DNA of 58,781 nt, counting the filler, from Dugesia japonica (lineage: Eukaryota): the NCBI GenBank assembly GCA_001938525.1. It is 6 parts of 6 records of this genome, joined end to end, with 100 filler letters (N's around TTAATTAATTAA, not from the genome) between each part and the next. Parts side by side here need not be neighbours in the genome. Positions count along the whole stretch, not along the records: positions 1 to 10,217 come from MQRL01627704.1; positions 10,318 to 19,197 come from MQRL01549127.1; 4 more parts are not named here. One strand, written 5' to 3'. Both the position numbers and the translations under genes were made by a program. Each line of letters starts with the position of its first letter. The stretch's first letter is position 1. The notes under the pieces are model-generated. The model was not told where the DNA came from, ran no database searches, and saw only the letters and a list, made by a program, of their open reading frames with translations. Positions 1 through 13,900 of the stretch are shown here, in pieces.

Positions 1-562
1 GTTCTTTTCAATTTACCTTTTTAATTTTTAAGGTCAAGCATGGATCAGTGAAATATAATAAAAATATAATATTTAAGTTTTAATAAAATAATACAAATGT
101 AGGTAGATAGTGTAAAATGGCACAATTTCTTGGCCTTGAGGTAAAAAATTATTTGCTTCGCTTTTCTAGTAATCTGATTGGTTGAAGCATATTTTTCCGG
201 AGAACTGTGTGCTTAGTTTGGTTGTAACCAATCAGAAATTGATGTATGGGTTTGAAATCGGTATCATTAGAATCGGAATAAAATTTGTCTAACTTTTTTT
301 AAAAATTAAGTTAACTTATATTGAAAATTTTTTCGTTCTTATAGTGCTATACTCTTCCCATCCCCATTCTTGGTGCAGAATTTCGTTGATGAAAATTAAA
401 TTTCTTTTAATTACTTCTCTAACAATTTAAATTTGAATGTTTTTGCGAGCAAATATTGTTATTTGTAATAAATGCATGAAAAATAATTTTTTTATGGGTA
501 ATTTGAATTAATAATTTTTGATTGTATTTTTCAAACATAATTTTAAAATTAATTATTTTAGT

Positions 563-775
563 TTTACAATTACAATTATTGCGAGAATAATTGTTGGATT
601 TAACCATTGATCGTATTTGAGATTTTATTTAATTAAAGGTTTCGATCAAAATATTGTTTCTTTTTTTAGTTCTTGATAGTATTTCGAATTTTCGACTTTC
701 AAGAACTATATAAAATAAATATAAAAAAGAAAAACAATATGTTGATAAAAGCTTTTAATTAAATGAAATCTTAAT
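563..775. repeat. Fold-back copy of the hammerhead-bearing dispersed repeat (centre deleted)
   Basis: Near-identical to 32650-32927 (ATTATTGCGAGAATAATTGTTGG...CCATTGATCGTATTTGAG...TAGTTCTTGATAGTATTTCGAATTTTCGACTTT). It is followed by the inverted arm CAAGAACTA...AAACAATAT. Confidence 0.8.
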
Positions 776-1489
776 TATTTTAATTTTAAATAAGTTTAAG
801 TTGGTTAATTTAATTAAAGTGTGAAAATTTTCAAGTTAATAAATTTTGTTTTGTGAAATTTCTTAAGCATTTAAACTTTTAGATTGTTAATTTTGAGTTC
901 ACAAAATTTTATTTTTTCTATTGAAATTTTATTTTCCATGTTGAAATTTATTTTCACTGTACAATACATAATGAAACTTGGTTATATTTCTGTGAAATTA
1001 TTGTATATATCGTTATGTTTATTATTATTATTCTATTAGAATATGAGGAAATCAGACATCGTTTTGAATGAGAAATCCCCATGTTTTTAATTATCGTGGT
1101 TATATTAGTTTGGAGTGCTCATTAAAGAATTGAATTCACAAGTTGATTCCATAATAGATTTATTCACAATATAAAAACAAAAACTATCATTATTTGTTTA
1201 TTCAAACAAATTAAGACTGTTTTATCTGAAATCTTTCTCTTTATTTAAAATTAAATTTTCCAGCTTAAACATTTTCGACATTTTTTACAAAAAATTTTNA
1301 TTAAAACATTTTGGCCATTTATAATAAATAGTTACTTTATAAGAAGGTCTACAAAAATTTATAAACATTAAAACTAATTCTTAATTTTTGTCTAAAAATT
1401 TAATATTCCTTACTCACATTTTTAATAATTTAATTTCTTAAAATTTAAACTTTTAATTTAAAAAAAACAAATTAAAGAAAAAGATTTTC

Positions 1490-1850
1490 AACCAAATCCA
1501 AAAAATTTCAATACGCTTTTCATACCATACTCACAATCGTGAATAGTACTTTTACAATTTACAGTTCTGTAATTTCTTGAACAGTCAAGTGGGGATTTTT
1601 CACTCTTGCAACATGTTTTCATCAAAAGCCAAAGGTGATCTGGGTGAAGCTTATCTTCCAGACTATAATCCGAACCTTTGAATTTGACAAATCATTTCAA
1701 TACATCCATATTTAAAAAAGCTCGTTGATACTTAAAAAGCGCAATATATTTTTGTGTTTTGATTTAGAAATAGAAAATTTACTTTTATAATAAGTTTTAT
1801 TAATAAAGTAAAGCATGGTTCGAAAAGTTCACAGGACTTTCTGGATGACT
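1490..1850 (-). mobile_element. Degenerate mariner/Tc1 transposase N-terminal remnant
   Basis: Frameshifted minus-strand fragments FKGSDYSLEDK, LAFDENMLQE, KNPHLTVQEITEL and STIHD resemble the mariner HTH region. Confidence 0.45.
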
Positions 1851-2788
1851 AATATTTTGTATGAAAGTGTTATGTTTAGTGTACTTATTTAAAATTTGTA
1901 TTTTTATATCTTCTAATGAAATTAATATATATTTCAATGTATATTAGTGCAATAAGTTATAAAGTTGTTATATGATTTATTAAAGTTTTTATAAAATCGA
2001 TATTACTTTATCATAATTTAAGTATTTTTACATGATTTAATGAAAATAGTATTTGTTAATGAAATCAGTCTTTGTTTATATAAAACTTATATATTTTTGG
2101 AAGAAATTAATATATACTTATATTGCATTTATATTTTGTATGAAATTGTAAAATTTTAAAATAAATGCATATTAATTCCACTAAGCGGAATTTGGATAAA
2201 TTTTTAAACTTTTTTATTTTCACTTTTTTATAAACCACCAAAATATGTATAAAAAATTAGTTAGTACACATTGAGTTGTAAGTTATTTTTTCATGACTCT
2301 ATTTATCACATTGTGGAGGGGAAAAAATTATTCTCGGGTATCAGGACTTTTATAAATATTGAAAATTCTCGAGAGACATCACTGTATAATATATATTAAA
2401 CTTATATTTTTCTATGACCATAATCAATCAAATACAACTCTTAAACCACTCGAAAACCCTTTAGCCATAGTTTACAATAATAGCATTTATTGATAAACAA
2501 ATTTTAGATTTTTGGTTGGTTTTTTTTCCATTCAATTATTAAAGTCAATAACAAAAAAATTCAATACATAATGTTTAAACAAAACGTTTTCGTACAATTA
2601 AAATGAAAAATTAATAATTTATTTCACATTTTTAATAATTTCAAACATCTACGAATGCCAACATTTGAAATCTCATTCGTTATTTAATATATCAATTATA
2701 AATCATATAAAAATTAACCAATAAAATTTTAAATAAAAATGAAAAATTAAATTTATTAAAAATATTATTAATGAAATTAAAGTTTCAC

Positions 2789-3069
2789 CTTGAAAAATTT
2801 TGTAAGTAGTTGAGATAATGCATTCCGCTTTAGATTACATTTTACTGTTCAGGCTCTTGAGTACAAAAGACTCCGACATTGATCCTATCAAATACTAATG
2901 TTCCAGCTCTTACTAATCGTTTAACATCCAACTGAGATTGGAGATATTCGCCAACTATTTTTACTTTGGCAGTTTCAAACTTCAAAGAATCATATACCAA
3001 AATAATTGGTAATGGTTCAAAATCTTAATCATTGGCTTGCATCTCTGCAAGCTTTTGTTGGAACTTCAA
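2789..3069 (-). pseudogene. SENP6/7-like Ulp1 (peptidase C48) exon with in-frame stops
   Basis: Translates to ...PLPIILVYDSLKFETAKVKIVGEYLQSQ...TQEPEQ*NVI*SGMHYLNYLQNF. This matches the Ulp1 pattern ILxxDSL...PQQxNxxDCG with the DC positions destroyed. A GT donor follows. Confidence 0.6.
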
Positions 3070-3070
3070 A

Positions 3071-3160
3071 TACAGTATTATACAGTATAATACAATATTA
3101 TAATATGGTATAACACAGTGTTATATAGTATTATATAGTATTAACCAGTATTATACAGTA
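3071..3160. repeat. ~10-bp minisatellite (TACAGTATTA-like)
   Basis: About nine degenerate tandem copies of TAYAGTATTA. Confidence 0.7.
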
Positions 3161-4220
3161 ATTTATTAGTAACTTACTGGTAAATAATGAATTATATACA
3201 TTTTGACAATAAAATAAGGGAGCGAGTGTTCTGAATAAGCTCTCGCGTACATAAAATGTTCAACCTTTTTTATATTTTGAAATTAATCTAAACGCGCGTC
3301 ATAACTTAAGATATTCATTATCAATTACAAACTTGTAAACAAAATGTCTTCATTTCAACTCTCCTTTTGCATTGTTCTTCTATTAATTCTGTTCGCGAAT
3401 GATAATTTTCTCTAACTTACATAATATAATAGAAATAACATTAAGTGTGTTTATTGTTTCCAAATAATATTCAAAACAAAATTTATATAATTCTCACTGA
3501 TTATTTATCGGTTATGGCAGGTGTCAACTAATTTTTCTATAAGATCTAATTGCCAATCTAAAAATTATCTGCGATCTACTTTTAAAATATTTTCTACTAT
3601 GAAAAAAGATATTTCAAATATTTTTTAACATATCAAAACTTCATTGATTTATTCATTAAACGAGGCAAACATCCATTCCTACAAAATGAATAAGATTTAG
3701 TAGGCAATCTGTTATTTGATAGTTTCATAAGAAATTTTTATTTACCATTATTTATTTTTTATTTAAAAGTAGTCCATATGTTTTTGAAGGAAAAGAAATA
3801 TATGAATTATATATTTATTAATGGCGATCGATATTATTGACACCCCTGAGTTATAGTATAAAAGAAAGTTTTAAATCAAATACAAAAATGTACAAATGCA
3901 ACCTCGAGTAACTCAGAAAAAACAGTATTCAGTATATGATGTAAAATACACAAATGTTTCGTTCATTTTCACATTGCCGTTTCTGTGTACTCTTTTTTTT
4001 CAACCAAATAATGGACCAAGGTAGGCATGGTCGCTTCAATTTTAGCAAATGAGTCGCCTGGCAACTTTTTGATCCTCCGTTTCCATTGAGATCTTTATAT
4101 ATTTCTTTTTTGAAGGCAGGCTATCATTGAATGCCTGTCAGTTTTGACTTTCAATTTGAAAACTATTGATGCAAGTACATCTTAATATTTTTCTTCTAAA
4201 CTTATTAAATATTATTTTTA

Positions 4221-4845
4221 TATTAGGGGTATGCATAAGTTCACATCGTTGATGTATATGTTGAATTTAAGTAACATTAATAATAATATAACATCTAAAA
4301 ATTTGTATTTTGTTTAAGTCAATATTGATTATATTTATAGCATTAATTTGATAATTAATTTAAGCTTACCAAATCATTTGCTGAAATTATAATGGAAGTA
4401 GATAAAATGCATATACGCCACTGCATGTTGTTTCTGTTTAATCAGAGCAAAACATTAGTTGAATCAACTCGGATTATTTGGAATACATATGGCGATGAAG
4501 CAATATCCGAGAGCTCATGTCGTCAATGGTTTCGACTCTTTAAAAGCCGTGATTTTGATTTGAACGATAAAGAACGCACTGGGCGGCCACATGAGATGAG
4601 TTCGGATTTTTTTGAAGCACTTTTGAAAGAAGATTCTACTCAATTGAGTGTAGAATTGGCAAGAAGGATATATGTAAACCAGTGCACCATAATTCGACGG
4701 TTACATCAGTCGGGAAAGATTCAGAATGAAGGAAATGGGTTCCCCATGATTTATCCGAGAACAACATTACCAGCTGACTCACCACTTGTCTTTCGCTTCT
4801 CAATAGACACAAACAAAAGTCTTTCTTGCATCGAATTATGACTTA
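4221..4845 (+). mobile_element. 5' half of a mariner element
   Basis: TIR-like TATTAGGGGTATGCATAAGTT at 4221. ORF 4392-4841 reads HIRHCMLFLF...YGDEAISESSCRQWFRLFKSRDFDLNDKERTGRP (mariner HTH), frameshifts near the WVPHEL-equivalent motif and is truncated before the catalytic domain. Confidence 0.9.
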
Positions 4846-6803
4846 TAAACTTATTAAATATTATTTTTATATAATAAGCAATAGTGTTACCAAATATAAG
4901 TAACGCATAATATTCTGATAAATATAATGAAAATGTACAGAAATATAAAATAAATTCTAATAAAATTGTATATCAGGCTAAATTAGAAATACTATAATAA
5001 ATGAACCATTCGATAATCTATTATAATTTAATATTAATTATTACAAATAATATTATAATGTGTAAATAAGAAAGAATATATTACAATGAAAATTGCAAAT
5101 CAACTTTTACATAATATTCATTAAATAATAAATACGAAATATCATAAATTTTAACGATCATAATATATTTACATTAATGTGCCCACACTCTTGAAATATA
5201 TATTACTATGTTTATTAGCAATTATATCTTATATATTAAATAATATATCGTCCATAATATTTTTCATTATTTATTGTTACATTATTGCTCGAATATTATT
5301 ATTCCTTCTTTCAGACCCCTTTTCGATTATAATACTATTTATTCCTTATGTTTATAATTAATTTTTTTTCCCGATTAATTGGTTTAACAGAAAATTATTT
5401 GTCATTTTGTCTTCAATTTCTGACCCTTTATTTTCTTTTATGTTTCAGGCCAGCAATAATATAGAATGTAAAAATTAACACATTTTTGAAATAACGTAAT
5501 GAAAGTATAGCTTTTTCACAATGAAAATAAAATGAATAAATTTAATAAAATAACCATGTAAAATTTAGAATTAATAAATAAAACAAATTTTCAATTCAAC
5601 AAATAAAATAATTTACAAAATAATTAAATGTATTAGAGATATGTTAAAACAAAGTAATCGATAATGTCGAATAAAATCAATAAAATACGGTTATGGATCA
5701 CAATTGAATCCACGCCATTAAATAAGTATTAATAAATTGTGTTTGAGTAGATTGCAGTTTGAACAATTGAATTGAGTTGAATGAAATTATGCTGTATGTT
5801 TAATATGTTCATAAGCTTGTAATATATTCAATTATAGAATTTACGAATGGATCCAATAAAAAATTACTAACTCTAATTAAAACTACTATAGAGAAAAACC
5901 TTACTATTTTAAACTTGAAAATAATCTTAATAATACAGATCTAATCTAGTTTTTATGGAAATCTTGATTTTCCAAATTAAGTTAAATTTTTAAAAAAAAA
6001 TCTTCAATAAAAAGGAAAATCATTTTTTCTAGATATTTGACAACTCAGTGAAATTATCTTTCAAAGGGTTAATAAAATGTACTTTGATTTAATCCACAGA
6101 AATCTTATTTCATAATGCTGTATTGTAATAGAGCATAAGCTACAGACAAAGAAAATATTTGATCAAATAAGTTAACTCATAAGTGTACATACATATGCAC
6201 TCCTCATTACTAATTAGCTTACAAATAGTTATAAATATTTAGATTTTAGATTTGTTAATTACAAAATGTATAGGATTCGAAATTCTGAAGACATGAATGG
6301 AGCAAAATACGAAGTCCATAGTAAAAAGATATAATTGTCTTGTTGATTTAACTTCGTCTGTTTCTAAATACAAGTCTCTTTCCTCTTTTTCTTCGATTTT
6401 GTTCATCAATGTACATGTTCACTGTTAGTTCTTTCCTTTCCTTTGTTCTTCTACAGTTCAACTTCGTATAAAATTCCTCGGCTCGATGATATCTACTTTA
6501 TTAATGAATCACATTAATTATTAAATTTCTATTTGTTAGATATTTTTTATTTTTTCACTGGTTTTACACATTGACATCCAATCTAGTAGACAAATAACGA
6601 TTCGATCAAATCCAGATTTTCTTTTACTTTTATTACTTTCTCACATTATTTTTGCATTATCCAATTTATTGTCATTTTTTATATCATTATTACAATTAAT
6701 GCAAATTATTATATAAAATTATCAACAAATATATAATGATAATATATAAATTTATTTAACAAATATATAATGATAATATATAAATTTATTAAACAATAGT
6801 TTT

Positions 6804-7809
6804 TCATTTAAATTTTACAGAGCAAAACAATAAACAATTTATATTGATACAATTTGAATTTGTCAAATCAGAATGAGAAATTTTGATTGGATCACTCCAT
6901 TCGGATGAATTTATTTCTAGTTTTTCTATTTTGATTGATTTTGTTACTGTTTTGCAAATATTTAAATTATTCAATGCATAAATATGAATTGTAACATTTG
7001 ATATGGATTTTGTTTGCCATAAAACGGTGAACGAATCATCACTTTGAGCTCGTTTGTTTTAAATATTTGCCACAATCTCTCATTTTCAAATATTTGTCAA
7101 TTTTATTTGATCTTTCAATATCTTCTCTCATTTTCTTTATTTTCTCTTCATAGCAATTTCTTCTCGATTTCATTTTTAAGTCACTTAACATCGATTTCAT
7201 GAAATTTCTACCACAGATCCCGATTACCAATATCCATTAGTTGTAACGAACATTATTCTTTTGCTAAATCATAATAAAAATGTTATTAAATTAATCAGAA
7301 ATTTTATTTACTTTGAAAATTTTTTTATCACTTCTTTAAATGATTCAATTATTTCACTTTTAATACGATCATTATCCTTCAATTTTTCAATCAGATTGTG
7401 AATATTATTTAATTTATCATCATCAATAAAACGACATTTTACAGCTCTTTACAAACATGAATTTAAATGATTTTCAATTTCTATTATTTGACATTCATGT
7501 GAGCACATTTTTTTAGATTATCACACCATTAGTTTCGATATTAGTTAATGCATTCTATGATTTGGCGTATTATTTGATAAACTTTGCAATTCGAACTCTT
7601 CATTGTTGTTAGGACAATTGATGGCACAATTAGCCATATATTGATTGATGAAATCATAACAAAAATTGCATCCACAAATAGCTCCATGGGCATTTATTAA
7701 GATATTTTNNNNNNNNNNNNNNNATCATTAACACACTACTAATTACAAATTTCTGTTGCAAAATAAATTTAAACATTTTGTTTCATTGATCAAAATCTTA
7801 ATTTGTCAT
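6804..7809 (-). pseudogene. TRAF-like pseudogene (RING, TRAF zinc finger, coiled coil, MATH-like C-terminus)
   Basis: Minus strand reads NILINAHGAICGCNFCYDFINQYMANCAINCP (RING-like), then CSHECQIIEIENHLNSCL*RAVKC (TRAF zinc finger), a coiled-coil-like stretch, and the C-terminus SEWSDPIKISHSDLTNSNCININCLLFCSVKFK*. Many stops. Confidence 0.6.
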
Positions 7810-7989
7810 TATATTCTAAATAATAAGAAAGGAACTTTCAATTTTTATATTGAAATTCAAAAATGTTAATATTATTATTATTACTATATTTAGAACCATT
7901 ATAATTATATTATTAATAAATTATTATTTTTAATACATTAGTAATAAAATTTTATTAATATAACTTAAATGAAGTTTAAAATTCTTTAA

Positions 7990-9095
7990 ATTAGTTTTGT
8001 ATTTAACGCATAACCATTCTTGCATGCCCAATGTATTGGTTGATATCCATTCTAAATTATCATTTATTAATAAATTATTTAGGAAATGACAAATAAATTA
8101 CTGTGTCAAATGCATTGATGTTACATTTGTTTTCAATCAATATTTAAACAATATCAATATGACCCTTCTCACATGGCAAATGTATTGGTTGATATTCATT
8201 GAAAATGATCATTTATTCATGAATTACATAGTAAATAACAGATAAATTACATAACCAATTGATTTGAAGTCACATTTGTTTCCTAGCAATATTCTCATAA
8301 TATCAATTTGACACTTTTCACATGCCAAATGTATTGGTTAATATCCTAACAAAAGTTTTCATTTATAAATATATTATTTAGAAAAGGACAAATAAATTAC
8401 TTCGTCAAATGTATTATTATTACATTTGTTTTCTATCAATAATTTTACAATATCAATATAATTATTCTCACATGCCAAATGTATTGGTTGATATCCATTC
8501 TAAATTATCATTTATTAATAAATTATTTATGAAATGACAAATAAATTACTGTGTCAAATGCATTGATATTACATTTGTTTTCAATCAATATTTAAACAAT
8601 ATCAATATGACTATTCTCACATGGCAAATGTATTGGTTGATATCCATTGAAAATGATCATTTATTCATGAATAACTTAGTAAATAACAAATAAATTACAT
8701 AGCTAACTGATTTGAAGTCGATTGTGCTTTCTAGCAATATTCTCATAATATCAATTTGACAATTTTTACATTCCAAATGTATTGGTTAATATCCTAACAA
8801 AAATTTTCATTGATAAATAAATTATTTAGAAAAGGACAAATAAATTTATTTGTCAAATGCTTTGATATTACATTTGTTTTTTTTTAATATTTTAACAATA
8901 TCAATATATCCATTCTCATATGCCAAATGTATTGATTGATTTCTATTGAAAATGATCATTTATTCGTGAATTACATTGTAAATAACATTAATTACATAAC
9001 CAATTTATTTGATGTCACATTTGCTTTCTAGCAATATTTTCATAATATCAATTTTACAATTTTCACATGCCAAATTTATTGGTTGATTTCCTTAA
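7990..9095 (-). pseudogene. Ankyrin-repeat array, 8 units, each a 99-nt exon plus ~50-nt phase-0 intron
   Basis: Period is ~149.5 bp. Units translate as NGYQPIHLACENNYIDIVKLLIENKCNNNTFDE (33 aa) separated by GTAATT...TTTAG. Some units have in-frame TAA or lost AG acceptors. Confidence 0.9.
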
Positions 9096-9119
9096 TAAAT
9101 TATCATTTATAAATAACCT

Positions 9120-9285
9120 AACACACCATTTAGTTAAATATTTGTTTATCACAATACGTTTCGAAAGTGTATCTGTTATCTTTATAGAAACTGTTGAAAT
9201 ATGAATAGAGTATATATACTAAAGTTCTGCAATATGCAATTGATCAATAAAGATTTAGAAACACCAATTTCAGTATTGGGATAGG
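9120..9285 (-). mobile_element. Penelope-like element 3' end / pLTR remnant
   Basis: The reverse complement (…TTTCTAAATCTT…AAAGATAACAGATACACTTTCGAAACGT…AAATGG) aligns with 30220-30395, which lies directly after a GIY-YIG remnant. Confidence 0.5.
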
Positions 9286-10049
9286 TAGATACAAAAATAG
9301 TTGAGAATTAAATTTGGTTTATTACAAAATTAATGCACACATAAATTTTGTGATATTAGACACTATGTATTTACATTCATGACATTTAGCGGTACATAAC
9401 TCAATTGTTGTGTTACATAATAAATATTATCATTATTAATCATATTGCATGATTATTTACAATTTTTAACAATTATCAAATGTATATTACCTTACATAAT
9501 TTAATTGACTTTACAAGATATAGAATTTTATTAATCAAAAATGTCAGACTATTGATACATATAATAAATTAATGAAGCATGAGCGTCACTTCCGGAAATT
9601 CTTATCAAACATTAAATTAATGAAATATGAACACCACAAACTATTTGACTAGACAATGATGAGCCTCATTATAATTATGTTATTAATCAATACTATTAGT
9701 CGATAAGTCACACTTTTTACTGTATAATTATCGTTTTTTTTATTTAATGAAATTATTAAAATTAAACTATAAAAATCTTTAATTATACTTAAAAGAAATA
9801 TAAGATATTTGTTATTAACATTATCATTTATAATTAAATTATTATTATTTTTAATTATTAAAAAAATAAAAATTATCATGTTTAAAATAAACATTTTAAC
9901 TTAACATTAATTTTTTATTTATAAACACATCTTAATATTGTTGTTTATCGTTCACATCATATTTTTTTATCTTTGTCTCCATCTTCTGCATTTGGTTGTN
10001 NNNNNNNNNNNNNNNNNNNNNTTTTTACTTTGTTTAAAATTTAATTCAT

Positions 10050-10140
10050 TTAATATAAAAGCTTAGATCAAAATTTAGGTTTTAATTATTGATATTGGAT
10101 AAAAAATCGATATTTCGACCTTGTCTTTGACAGGAATTTA
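10050..10140 (-). ncRNA. Degenerate minimal type I hammerhead-like motif in a dispersed repeat
   Basis: Minus strand reads aattc-CTGTCAA-a-gac-aag-gtc-GAA-A-TA-T-C-gattt. Confidence 0.5.
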
Positions 10141-10217
10141 TTGTTATTATTTTATTATCCATAACTTTTAGCAACTATTTCTTGTAGTTTCATTATAGTT
10201 GAACGTCCCATCAGAAC

Positions 10218-10317
10218 NNNNNNNNNNNNNNNNNNNNNNNNNNNNNNNNNNNNNNNNNNNNTTAATTAATTAANNNNNNNNNNNNNNNNNNNNNNNNNNN
10301 NNNNNNNNNNNNNNNNN
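10218..10317. other. Artificial contig spacer N44-TTAATTAATTAA-N44
   Basis: Exact 100-nt pattern seen five times; the core has stop codons in all six frames. Confidence 0.97.
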
Positions 10318-10619
10318 TTGCCAAATTAATCATTTTCCCATGATTCACATTTCATTTTAAAAAAGAAATGTGATTACAAAGAAAATTATATAAATAAAGT
10401 CATTAAATAAAGACCGTAAATAAAAACATTAAATAAACACATAAATTATGTCCCTATTTATTTATTATTTTAACATATTAAAAATAATATTATTTCACTA
10501 TATTATTTATCCCATATACAAATATTATAAATTAAAAATTAAAAATAAACATTTCAATAAATATGATGCATAATTAAAACAAATATATTTTAAATTTCTA
10601 ATATATGTATATATATTAT

Positions 10620-10886
10620 TGAGTAAATTAATAACTACATATTTTATTGTGCAGCTTTTTAACTATATATAAATTATTTTGGAACTCAAAAATTACATAT
10701 ATTATTGTGGAGTTTAATAACTACATATTTTATTATGTAGCTCAATAACTACATATATTATTGTTGAACTTATTAACTATATATATTATAGTGGACCTTA
10801 ATAACTACATATTTTATTATGATACTTAATAACTACATATATTATTGTGATACTTATCATTATTATTATTATAATTATTCTTATTG

Positions 10887-10947
<61 letters not shown>

Positions 10948-13900
10948 NNNNNNNNNNNNNNNNNNNNNNNNNNNNNNNNNNNNNNNNNNNNNNNNNNNNN
11001 NNNNNNNNNNNNNNNNNNNNNNNNNNNNNNNNNNNNNNNNNNNNNNNNNNNNNNTTTTATTAGTTTTATTATCAATGTTATATTTTCTTTCTCTACATTT
11101 TCTCATTATTGTTTCATTTTATTCTCTTGTTTCTGATTGACATTATTTTTATTTAGTGTTGAGAAATTAATTGTTAAATTTTTTCTTCATTGTTAACAAT
11201 TTATTTTTACTGTTTAAATTTCACCCACTTCTATGTAATTTTTGTCAAATTTCACCGACTTTTATTATTATTTTTAAAATTTTTTGTGGACTTCTTTGCA
11301 ATTTTCGAAAGTTTTCCTCATTGGTGTACATATGATATTTAAATTTTTTGTTGACTTCTATGTAATTGTTTAAATTAGTTTTCGACTTCTTTGTAATTTT
11401 AAAAGTTCTTGTTCGACTTCTTTGTAATTTTTGAAAGATTTTACATACATCTATGTATTTAATAACTCCATAAAGTTTAGTGTGTATTATTAGGCACTAT
11501 TGGGTAAGTTTGTGCGAATTTGTATGGTTTCATTGTGTTATTTTAGTAAATTATATGACATTATTTGGCGTATTGTATGTATTATATGATATTTATTCTT
11601 GCGTATTGCATATAATATATGAATATAGTTGAATATGAATATATTGTGTTTATTTAAGTGACTTTATTTGGTTTATTATATGACATTACTAGGTATAATT
11701 TATGGCATCAGTTTGTGTATTGCATTCATTATATCATTATATTGAGTTTATTGTGTATATTATTTGAATAAATAGAACATATTTTGTGTATTATATGACT
11801 ATATTATGTTAATTGTGGGTATTACATTACTCTATTAAGTTTGTATAAAATCACATTGTTTTTATTGTGTATAAAGCAAAATTGACTCTTTTTGTCTGTA
11901 CAAGTTCATTTTGGTTTCATATGTATAAGATTCAATTAGTTTACTATGTATGAAGCTCTATCAGGTTTGTTGTATTCGACTCTATTGATATCTATGTTTA
12001 AAAATATTACATAGACATCTGTCATTTTGAAATATTTGATCAATAAACTTGTATAAAATCCTTTAAAAAACATTACAAACTTTATAGATACTCCATAAGA
12101 TCTTATAAAAACCCTATAATTAACTAATAAATCCAATAAAAAAAACCATATATATATCAAATAAAATCACATAAGTACTATATAAGACCATATAAAAACT
12201 AATAAAACCCAATATAAAGCACTATAAGAACATATAAAACAGTATAATTACCTTATAAACCTAATAGAACTTTAAATCCATTAAAGAAATCATATAATTA
12301 CATTAAAAACCCAATAATTATCTTATATGGCCTATAGAAAAAATATTGTAGTTTGTAAATTATTTTTAATCAAATGTATATGTAAATCTCTGAAAATTTG
12401 AATGAGCTTTGCATATTTTATTAATGAAATGATATGTAAATTGTGCAGATTAAGTGTTTTAAAGGGTATATGAATGTATTGAATACATTTAATGTATAGA
12501 TTTCTTTGAAATATTTGCGTTTATGTGATGTAATTATTGGATGTATGCTGTTGATTGTTTCATTGAGTGCATTTGGTTTATTGCATGATTTTAATGAATG
12601 TATTAGATTTCCAAAACTTTAGTAACTTTTCAGGAACATAGAGTAATTATTTAGAAATAATTACATGATATTAGTTAACTTTTTAAAAATATTTTAAGGA
12701 CCTTTTGTAACTTTATACAAAAATTACCGAATCTCTGGTAACTTTTTAAAATATTTTATTGATATCTAGTAAATTTTTCAGTTATTTTACATAGGAACTT
12801 GAAAATATTTGAGATATCTAGTAACTTTTTGAATGAATTACCAGATTTCTGGTAACATTTTAAAATAATTACAGGATATCTGGTATCTTTTTTGAAATAA
12901 TTACCGTATCTCTTGTTAATCTTTTGAAATAATTACATGACATCTAGTAACTTTTCATTAAAATATATGTAATATTAAAACAATTGATTAATAAGCTCAT
13001 AAAAACTCTATATTTACTCTATAAAAATCTTATAATTCTTATAAAATCTATATAAAAAGCAATATAATAACAAATTAAACCATATAAATACCGTATAGAA
13101 ACATATAAAACCCAATTAAAAGATATAAAAACCCATTAATCATATAAATCTATATTATAACCCTATAATTACCTTATAAGACCTTATAATGACTCTAACA
13201 TTACCTTAAAAAACCATATTATAATCATATAAGTCCCATATAAATACCTTATAAAATACCCTATATTACCTTATTAAACCATATAAAACTCTATTAAACC
13301 ATATTAAAACATATCAACCATATAAAACTCTATTTAATTCGTATAATAATTATATAGTTACCATATAAAACCCTACAGTTACCCTGTAAATCTCTAAAAA
13401 ATTACATAACACTTTATTTTTGCTTAGTAATCGACCTTTTCTTTGCAAACCTATAATGTCTTTTTTAATTTGCACAAGTATGACTTATGGTCTTTGTTCT
13501 AGTTGTAATCGTGTTGAAATAAGTTTCTTTGACTTGCATTTGTGTTGTATAGGTATGATTCATGGTTTGTTGTGCGTGAATTGTTCCTTATGCATGTATA
13601 TGTTTCATTTTGTGCGTATATTACTCATTATGCATGTATGTATTAGTTGTTTATTATGTGATTAAAACCTATTATAAAATCGGTAATACTTAATAAGATT
13701 AAATAAAACCTTATTAAACTATATAAAGCCCCTATAAACCATATTGAAACACAATAATATCTTTAAAAACTTACAGAGAAACACTATGAATACAGTATAA
13801 AACCCTATATTAGCTTACAAAATCCTATAAGATCTCATAAAAAAAATCCTCATAAATCTCTATAGAAACCCTATAGACACCCTACAACACCTTGTACAAA

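Noticed and set aside
3890-4180. Nearly open minus-strand frame
   Set aside because: Contains stops and no motif I can recognise.
8130-8790. TAA at Gln/Lys positions in ankyrin units (GY*PIH, IV*IL), suggesting TAA=Gln recoding
   Set aside because: The same stops were copied by the 448-bp duplication and co-occur with lost splice acceptors. The intact EGR and TMX3 exons need no TAA readthrough.
7990-9095. Regular repeat/spacer appearance resembling a CRISPR array
   Set aside because: The units translate as ankyrin repeats with GT-AG introns, the 'spacers' are homologous to each other, there are no cas genes, and the context is eukaryotic.
10798-11140. Poly-I/poly-Y and X-rich ORFs here and at other gaps
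   Set aside because: Artefacts of the (TAT)n microsatellite and N runs.
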